A stretch of 53,164 nucleotides of DNA, taken from positions 1-53,164 of the forward strand of contig CANJEY010000001.1 of assembly GCA_947472615.1 (NCBI GenBank), read 5' to 3'. This DNA is from Beijerinckiaceae bacterium. GTDB taxonomy: Bacteria; Pseudomonadota; Alphaproteobacteria; Rhizobiales; Beijerinckiaceae. Positions 47,016 to 53,164 of the stretch are shown here, piece by piece; within the stretch, counting starts at the first letter, position 1, and every line of letters begins with the position of its first letter. The notes under the pieces were generated by a model. It worked only from the letters and a program-made list of their open reading frames with translations. It ran no database searches and was not told the DNA's origin. The position numbers and the translations under genes were made by a program.

Positions 47016-48083
47016 ATGTCGCTGATCGGGAGAATTTCGCGCTGCCTTGGCGCTGCTTCGGCTGCTGTGGCGTCATTGGCGTTCGCGCCCGCCACGAGCG
47101 CGCAGGACGTGGAAGCCTTCTACAAGGGCCGGCAGATCAACGTCATTTCCAGCGCGACCGCCGGTTCCGGATACGACAATTACGCGCGGCTGGTGGCGCG
47201 GCACATCGTGCGTTTCATTCCGGGCTCGCCATCGGTCGTCGTGCAGTCGATGCCGGCCGCCGCCGGTCTGGCGCAGGCCAATTACATGTACAATCAGGCG
47301 CCGAAGGACGGCTCCGTCTTCGGCATCATCTTCAACAACATGACGGTCGAGCCACTGATCGGCAACACGAACGCGAGGTTCGATCCCGGCAAGTTCTCGT
47401 GGCTCGGCAGCGTCAATCGCCTGACCAATATTTGCGTCGCTTGGCACACGAAGCCGGTTCGCACCATCGCCGACCTGCGCCGACAGGAGTGGATCGTCGG
47501 CGGGACTGCGCTGAGTTCGTCGACCGTCCAGCAGGCGAATACGTTCAAGGTGCTCGGCGGCGCAAAGCTGAAAGTTGTGCCCGGCTATGCGGGTACAACC
47601 GAAATGTTACTGGCGATGGAGCGTGGCGAGCTCGACATCTCCTGCGGCATCGGCTGGGACAGCGTGAAGTCGAGCACGAGCCTGCTCGACGCCGGCAAGA
47701 TCGTGCCGGTGATGCAACTCGGCTACCAGAAAGTGCCGGAGCTGAGCGATGTGCCGTTCATCTACGACATGCTGCTCGATCCGTCGAAGAAAGATGCGCT
47801 GGATTTCATCACCATCCGGCTCGACATCGGCCGCGCGTTCGCTGGGCCGCCGGGCATTCCGGCCGATCGGCTGGCCGTGCTCCGCAAGGCGTTCTGGACT
47901 GCGCTGAACGATCCTGATCTGCGGAAGGATGCGAAGGCCGAAATGCTCGACCTCGATCCGCAGACCGGCGAGGACGTACAGGCGAAGGTCATCAAGCTCG
48001 GCGAGACGCCCAAGCGGATCATCGACGAAGTGAACGAGATCGTAACCGATGGCGCGCGCGATCCGTCGAAAGCGAAAAACTGA
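47016..48083 (+). CDS. TctC/Bug-family substrate-binding protein
   Basis: FYKGRQI, GSGYD.YAR, IPGSP, MPAAAG, APKDGS, WLGS, MERGE; GAGG RBS. Confidence 0.9.
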   Translation: MSLIGRISRCLGAASAAVASLAFAPATSAQDVEAFYKGRQINVISSATAGSGYDNYARLVARHIVRFIPGSPSVVVQSMPAAAGLAQANYMYNQAPKDGSVFGIIFNNMTVEPLIGNTNARFDPGKFSWLGSVNRLTNICVAWHTKPVRTIADLRRQEWIVGGTALSSSTVQQANTFKVLGGAKLKVVPGYAGTTEMLLAMERGELDISCGIGWDSVKSSTSLLDAGKIVPVMQLGYQKVPELSDVPFIYDMLLDPSKKDALDFITIRLDIGRAFAGPPGIPADRLAVLRKAFWTALNDPDLRKDAKAEMLDLDPQTGEDVQAKVIKLGETPKRIIDEVNEIVTDGARDPSKAKN

Positions 48084-48149
48084 GGGCGCTCGCCCCTTTT
48101 GCGGCGGCATGTGAGAGATGATCGGGTTGCGGTGCACTTCGAGGTGGAG

Positions 48150-48836
48150 ATGAAGACTGTTCTGATCACCGGTGCGGCATCCGCCCTCGGCATGGCCGTG
48201 GCGGAACGACTGGTTCTCGACGGCTGGCGAGTCGTGCTGGCCGATCGCGACGTGAGCGCGCTGGCGCCTATATGCGAGACTTTGGGGCGTGAGCGCGCCC
48301 TGGCGCTGACGCTCGATGTCACGAAGCTGGAAGACGTCAAGGCTGCGATCGAGCATCTGCCCGCGCCGTTCGATGTTCTGCATGGTCTTGTCAATTATCC
48401 GTCTGATCGTTTCGGCGCGGATATCGGCGCGTTCAGCCTGCTTGGCGCCGATGCCTGGACCGGCATCGTCGATCGCAATCTGCGCGGCTTCCTGAACTGC
48501 TGCTATGCGGTCATTCCCCGCCTGATCGCGACGGGCGGCGGCGGGATCGTGTCTGTCTCGAATTTCGAGGCTCTGAGGGGAAGTGCGGCAAGTGCGGTGT
48601 TTTCCGCGGCAAGCGCGGGCTCGCTGGTTTTCGTCGAGACGATGGTGCGCGAGTGTCAGCCACACAACATCCGTATCAACACGATCATTCCACCGCCCCC
48701 GGATTCCCTCGCCCAGCGGCCGAATGAGCAATGGCCGGCCACAACGGCCGATTCCATCGCCTATCTCCTGTCGGACAGAGCGATCGCCACCACAGGCGCA
48801 TGTCTGGACGCAACGGCTGGCTGGGCATTGCATTGA
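48150..48836 (+). CDS. Atypical SDR lacking YxxxK
   Basis: KTVLITGAASALG, LDVT, GGIVSVS, IRINTI; the catalytic segment reads VFSAASAG. Confidence 0.8.
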   Translation: MKTVLITGAASALGMAVAERLVLDGWRVVLADRDVSALAPICETLGRERALALTLDVTKLEDVKAAIEHLPAPFDVLHGLVNYPSDRFGADIGAFSLLGADAWTGIVDRNLRGFLNCCYAVIPRLIATGGGGIVSVSNFEALRGSAASAVFSAASAGSLVFVETMVRECQPHNIRINTIIPPPPDSLAQRPNEQWPATTADSIAYLLSDRAIATTGACLDATAGWALH

Positions 48837-48876
48837 GGGCGATGACGCCAATTCCTGCTGATCGAAAGTCACCCTG

Positions 48877-50028
48877 ATGCAAACGACGAGGACCGATTCC
48901 ATCGCCGATCCGACGCTGGATTTCGCCGACATCGGGCCCGATGGGCTCGCAGGACAGTTTCTGCGCCGGTTCTGGCAGCCGGTTTATGTGTCGAGAAAGC
49001 TGCGAACCAAACGGGCGGCGCCGCTGCGCATTCTGGGCGAGGATTTCACCATCTATCGTGGCGAGGATGGCGCGCCGCATGTCGTGGCGGCCTATTGCCC
49101 ACATCGCAATACGCGCTTGTCGGTCGGGCTGGTCGAAGGCGATGCGATCCGCTGTTTCTATCATGGCTGGAAGTTCGATCACTTGGGCGCATGTATTGAT
49201 CAACCGGCCGAACGCAACTCGCCATCGTCGAAGATGGACATCGCCGCCTATCCGACGCGCGAATACATTGGGCTCATATTTGCCTATTTCGGCCCCGGAG
49301 ACCCGCCGGATTTTCCGAAGTTCGACATCTATGAGGGGGACGGATATGTCGAAACGGACGAGAGCTTTCGTCGGTGGAGCTTTTTCGATCAGCTCGAGAA
49401 TAGCGTCGATGAAGTGCACTTCAACTTCGTCCACCGACGCTCGAAGTTCACAGACGTTGGCCTGAACGACGAAATTCCGGAACTGAGCGCCGAGGAAACC
49501 GAATACGGCATCCTGCGGATCGGCAAGCGTAGCAACCGCATCCGCCATTCGCACATCCTGATGCCGAATTGCATGTACAGCATGATCTTCGAGCATTTCC
49601 GCGGCTGGGCCGAGCATCTCGCATGGCGCGTGCCGGTGGACGCCAATTCGCACGTCAGCTTCATGGTCGATTGCGTCCACAAGCAGGGCGCGGAACTGGA
49701 CGAATACAAACAGACCGTCGCACGCCACGCCGAGGAATTGTCGCGCCTCGAGCCGACCGACTCGATCATCGAGAAATGTCTGAGCGGAGAAATGCACGTC
49801 GATGATCTCGACTGGCGCGCCGATCTCGTCCTGCTGCAGGACGCGGTCGCGATGGGCGCGCTGCGGACGCCGCGTGATCGCGCGTTGGACCATCTGACCA
49901 CGTCCGACCGGCAGGTGGTGATGCTGCGGCGGCTCTGGCGCCGCGAACTGACGGCGCTGGCGGCGGGTGGGCCCCTCAAGGCATGGACCATCCCGCTGTC
50001 CCTCGTCCCGACCAGCGGGACGCCATGA
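48877..50028 (+). CDS. Rieske non-heme iron oxygenase alpha subunit (phthalate dioxygenase/VanA-like)
   Basis: CPHR...CFYHGW Rieske ligands; ENSVDEVHFNFVH and LQD mononuclear Fe ligands; LRRFWQPV. Confidence 0.93.
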   Translation: MQTTRTDSIADPTLDFADIGPDGLAGQFLRRFWQPVYVSRKLRTKRAAPLRILGEDFTIYRGEDGAPHVVAAYCPHRNTRLSVGLVEGDAIRCFYHGWKFDHLGACIDQPAERNSPSSKMDIAAYPTREYIGLIFAYFGPGDPPDFPKFDIYEGDGYVETDESFRRWSFFDQLENSVDEVHFNFVHRRSKFTDVGLNDEIPELSAEETEYGILRIGKRSNRIRHSHILMPNCMYSMIFEHFRGWAEHLAWRVPVDANSHVSFMVDCVHKQGAELDEYKQTVARHAEELSRLEPTDSIIEKCLSGEMHVDDLDWRADLVLLQDAVAMGALRTPRDRALDHLTTSDRQVVMLRRLWRRELTALAAGGPLKAWTIPLSLVPTSGTP

Positions 50029-50043
50029 AGAATTCATCCGTGT

Positions 50044-51069
50044 TCACCGTCCCGCTAGTTGCCGCGCGCGCATGACCAGTTCCGGCGGCGTCGTGTAAAG
50101 CCGCGCCAGCATGGCCTGAATTTCTTCGCCCGGCACCGGTTCGATGTCGATACCCTGCTTCTGAGCGTCGGCCCTCGCTTCTGGATCTCGCAGCATGTCG
50201 AGATATGCCTTGCGTAGCAAGGCGACACGCTCCGGCGGCGTCTCGGCAGGCGCAAAGATAGGCCAAGCCATGTTTTGCCCGGCGAGAAGGATTTCCAGAA
50301 TCTGACGCTCTTCCTTCCCCTGAACGAGATCGGTCACGAGCGGCACATCAGGAAGATCCGGCGCCTTCGTGGTCGACATCTGGACGAGGAGCTTCACGGC
50401 GCCCGAGCTGAGCAATTCCATCCCCTCGTAGCGCAGGCTCGCCCAAGACCAGGAGCCCCGCCCCTGAACCTCGCCGCGCGTCATGGCGAGCGTCATCTCA
50501 GCGCCGTTCTTGTATCCCATCACGGTCTTGAATTTGGTGCCGATCAGATTGTTCAGCGCCAGCGGAAAGGTCACGCCGTCCGTGCCGACCGCGATTGCCG
50601 CGACGACGACTTCGCGTTCCATCGCGTCCTTCAGCGAATTCAGGCCCGCATCCGACCGGACCGGAATGACCGACACCTCGCGGCTGGTGCTGCCGATCCA
50701 GTTCAGTTTCAGGGGATCGTAGCGCACGTTCTGGCCGCCCAGCAGGGGCTCGATGCCCATGCCGCGCGCCACGAATGCGAGCGTGGTTCCGTCTTTCGGG
50801 GCGGCGTTGGCCACATGATTGGCGGCGGCGAGCGTGCCGGCGCCGATCATGTTCTGAACGATCAGATGCGGTGCGCCCGGCAGGAAGCGGCCGAGATGCC
50901 GTGACACGAAGCGGGCGTTGGTGTCGTAACCGCTCGATCCTGCCGCATAGCCCACCACGATGGTGATCGTCTTGTTGGCGAAGTCCTGAGCGGCCGCCGA
51001 ACCGGCGGCGCAGGCGGCGGTCAGGATGCCGCTTATCATAAATGCGCGCAGGCGCGACGAACCAGCCAT
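50044..51069 (-). CDS. TctC/Bug-family substrate-binding protein
   Basis: KTITIVVG...GYD..AR, LPGAP..IVQNM.GAG, APKDGT, WIGS, RGE; GGAGGA RBS. Confidence 0.9.
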   Translation of the reverse strand: MAGSSRLRAFMISGILTAACAAGSAAAQDFANKTITIVVGYAAGSSGYDTNARFVSRHLGRFLPGAPHLIVQNMIGAGTLAAANHVANAAPKDGTTLAFVARGMGIEPLLGGQNVRYDPLKLNWIGSTSREVSVIPVRSDAGLNSLKDAMEREVVVAAIAVGTDGVTFPLALNNLIGTKFKTVMGYKNGAEMTLAMTRGEVQGRGSWSWASLRYEGMELLSSGAVKLLVQMSTTKAPDLPDVPLVTDLVQGKEERQILEILLAGQNMAWPIFAPAETPPERVALLRKAYLDMLRDPEARADAQKQGIDIEPVPGEEIQAMLARLYTTPPELVMRARQLAGR

Positions 51070-51485
51070 CGATTCCTCCCAAATGTCTTAGTTGAAAGCA
51101 GGCTGTCACGGAATCCCTGTGGCGGCAACACAGGTCCGAGTTGATTGGATCGCCAGTTCTGCGTTTCCGGACAATTTCCAGATAAGCAGATGTGTACGCA
51201 AAATACGCAAGCGGCCCAATTTGACGTCTTTGAACAAATTGCCGACAGGGACTTTAGAGGTGATGCCGCGGCAAGATTTCCGATTAAGGGCTTTCAGCAA
51301 GCAAGTTCTTCCGTCGGACGCTTAAGTTCATCGGGCGAGGGACAATCAATTTTCGTGCAACACGCATGCATTGCTTGCATCTGACCAAGAGGCGAGCGGT
51401 CTTTGCCTCGAATTTCGCCTTGAAGACGCGATGCTGCGGCGCGAGCATACGCGAGCCGTTTCAGTCCTCCTCAGGAGCTTAGACT

Positions 51486-52547
51486 TTGAAACACTGCCTT
51501 CGTCGTCTCCTCGAAAGACTGTCTTCGACCACGCCGCTCCAATCGCTGTTGGCGCTGGCAATCGTGCCTCTGCTCTGGTCGACGCCAGGTGCGACGCAAA
51601 CGCCGAGTGGCAAGCTCGCGCAAATGACGACGCTGAAATACGCCACCACGGGTCTGTCCTGGGGTACGGCTCCATATTTCGTCGCTGTCGCGAAGAAATT
51701 CTTCGAGGCGGAAAACCTCAAAGTCGAGTTCGTCGTTGGTGGGCAATCCGCGCAGGTGTGCCAGCAACTTTTGGCAAAGGCGGTCGAAATTGGCCAATGC
51801 GCCCTCAACGATGTGATCCAGATCGTCGAGAAGAGCGGCGCGCCTCTGGTGATGGTTTCCAACGAGGTCACGACAGCGCTGAATTACGGAATGATGGCGA
51901 AGCCGTCGATCAAGAATTGGCTGGACCTGAAGGGCAAGAACATCATCGTCGGCGGCCCGAAAGACAACACCGTCTATTATACCCGCGTGATGGCGCGGCC
52001 TAACGGCCTCAAGGACAGCGATTACACCTTTGCGTTCGCGGGCGCGAGCGGCGCTCGCTTTGCGGCGCTGAAATCGGGGGCCGTCGACGCGGCTTTGGTG
52101 ACCGATCCGTTCGATGCGCAGGCGCAACTGGAAGGCTTCACACGGATCGACGATCTGCGGCCCAAATACGTCAGGGCGGAGAACTATGCCGGCGGCGGGA
52201 TCATCACCACGCGCGACTGGGCGAAGGCGCATGCGGATGAAATCGTCGCCTATATGCGCGCCTACACGAAATCGGTCGCATGGATTTACGATCCTGCCAA
52301 TCAGGACGAAATGTTCGACATCATGAAGCCGCGCCTGAACGTCACGCGGGAAGCTTTCAATCAGTCGTACCAACGAAACGTTGTGCGCGATCCGATGTGG
52401 GCGCTCGACGACCGGGTGATCGACGGCGCCGTGCAGGGCGTGGTGGACTCGTTGGTGGAGCTGGGCAATCTTCCCGCTCCGGCGCCGAAGGCGGCGAAAT
52501 ATTACGACAACAGTTACGTCGACATGGCCGCCAAGACGATGCGATGA
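51486..52547 (+). CDS. SsuA/THI5-like ABC substrate-binding protein
   Basis: VA..KKFFE.E.L.VE, IK...DLKGK.I.VG, AALKSGAVDAA...P; TTG start with AGGAG RBS. Confidence 0.85.
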   Translation: MKHCLRRLLERLSSTTPLQSLLALAIVPLLWSTPGATQTPSGKLAQMTTLKYATTGLSWGTAPYFVAVAKKFFEAENLKVEFVVGGQSAQVCQQLLAKAVEIGQCALNDVIQIVEKSGAPLVMVSNEVTTALNYGMMAKPSIKNWLDLKGKNIIVGGPKDNTVYYTRVMARPNGLKDSDYTFAFAGASGARFAALKSGAVDAALVTDPFDAQAQLEGFTRIDDLRPKYVRAENYAGGGIITTRDWAKAHADEIVAYMRAYTKSVAWIYDPANQDEMFDIMKPRLNVTREAFNQSYQRNVVRDPMWALDDRVIDGAVQGVVDSLVELGNLPAPAPKAAKYYDNSYVDMAAKTMR

Positions 52548-52575
52548 TCGAGCGTTCCACCAAGGAGAATTCAGA

Positions 52576-53164
52576 ATGTCAGTTCCGCAATACCTCGGCG
52601 CAATCACGTCGATGGTCAATTTCGGCGACCGGGTCGAGGGATTTCTGGCAGTCCCCGAGACAGGCGAAGGTCCATTCCCGGCCGTTGTGCTCGGCCACGA
52701 ACGCTATGGTCTCGTGCAGCACACGCTCGATCTTGCAGCGAAGTTCGCGGCGGACGGGTACGTCTGTATTGCGCCCGACCTGTTTTCCCGCTGGGACGGG
52801 GACAAGGCGGCGTTGAATCGCGGAGAAATCCAGCAGTCTGTTTCCGATCACGACATCAAATCCTACATGAGCGACGGCCTCGATTATCTGCTCACGCATC
52901 CCAAGGTCGATCCCAAGCGCATCGTGGCTATGGGAGTGTGTCTCAGCGGCTCGTATCCCCTGCTGTTGAACAGCATCCGGCCTGAGGTGACGGCCAACAT
53001 CGTCGTGTACGGCGGCGCGCAGGTTGCCGAGTATACCGCGCAACCGCCGCGCCGGACGGAACCCTACGAGGATATTGTCGGCCGCATCACCGCGCCTGTC
53101 ATCGGCATTTGGGGCGAGGACGATTTCGTCATTTCCATCGACGATGTGCGCAAGCTGCGCGGCA
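52576..53164 (+). CDS. Dienelactone hydrolase-family protein (partial, runs off window end)
   Basis: Not in the ORF track. From ATG 52576 (AAGGAG RBS): GPFPAVVLGHERYGL, A..GY...APDLF, GVCLSG nucleophile elbow, G..D. Confidence 0.88.
   Translation, partial: MSVPQYLGAITSMVNFGDRVEGFLAVPETGEGPFPAVVLGHERYGLVQHTLDLAAKFAADGYVCIAPDLFSRWDGDKAALNRGEIQQSVSDHDIKSYMSDGLDYLLTHPKVDPKRIVAMGVCLSGSYPLLLNSIRPEVTANIVVYGGAQVAEYTAQPPRRTEPYEDIVGRITAPVIGIWGEDDFVISIDDVRKLRG

Noticed and set aside
48083-48100. GGGC-GCTC-GCCC hairpin followed by CTTTT as a terminator
   Set aside because: Only a 4-5 bp stem immediately after the stop; too weak to call.
47607-50037. 441-aa and 450-aa minus-strand ORFs
   Set aside because: Antisense to well-supported tctC, SDR and Rieske genes; no recognisable domains.
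51092-51384. Short ORFs and a TACGCAA tandem in the divergent intergenic region
   Set aside because: No RBS or motif support; most likely promoter DNA.
1-53164. CRISPR array, tRNA/rRNA, IS/transposase, integrase, defence system
   Set aside because: No periodic repeat-spacer structure, RNA gene signature or recombinase motif was seen by eye; small ncRNAs cannot be excluded without a covariance-model search.

Overview
GC-rich, alphaproteobacterial-looking (probably Hyphomicrobiales; inferred from glnII and gene style) catabolic region of about 45 CDS, dominated by nitrogen scavenging. It contains two RutA-like flavin monooxygenases each paired with an isochorismatase-family hydrolase, a PuuE/amidohydrolase/ABC module, glsA-glnII, two IPNS-type 2OG-Fe(II) oxygenases, a cynABD-cynS cyanate operon, a Dpp-type ABC system, a LysR-controlled UraD-UraH fusion with an ABC transporter and a second, divergent UraH, two NtaA/DmoA monooxygenases, an atypical asparaginase-fold protein, two SDRs and a Rieske oxygenase. 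Eight TctC/Bug solute-binding genes occur with no TctA/TctB. At least five sigma-54 (-24/-12) promoters and several NtrC-like boxes can be read in the intergenic DNA. Notable oddities: an E-to-K change at a GlnII metal ligand, several paralogues lacking catalytic residues, two decayed gene remnants, and an unexplained intergenic motif found three times. No rRNA, tRNA, CRISPR array or transposase was seen. Family calls come from motif recognition only; no database search was run.
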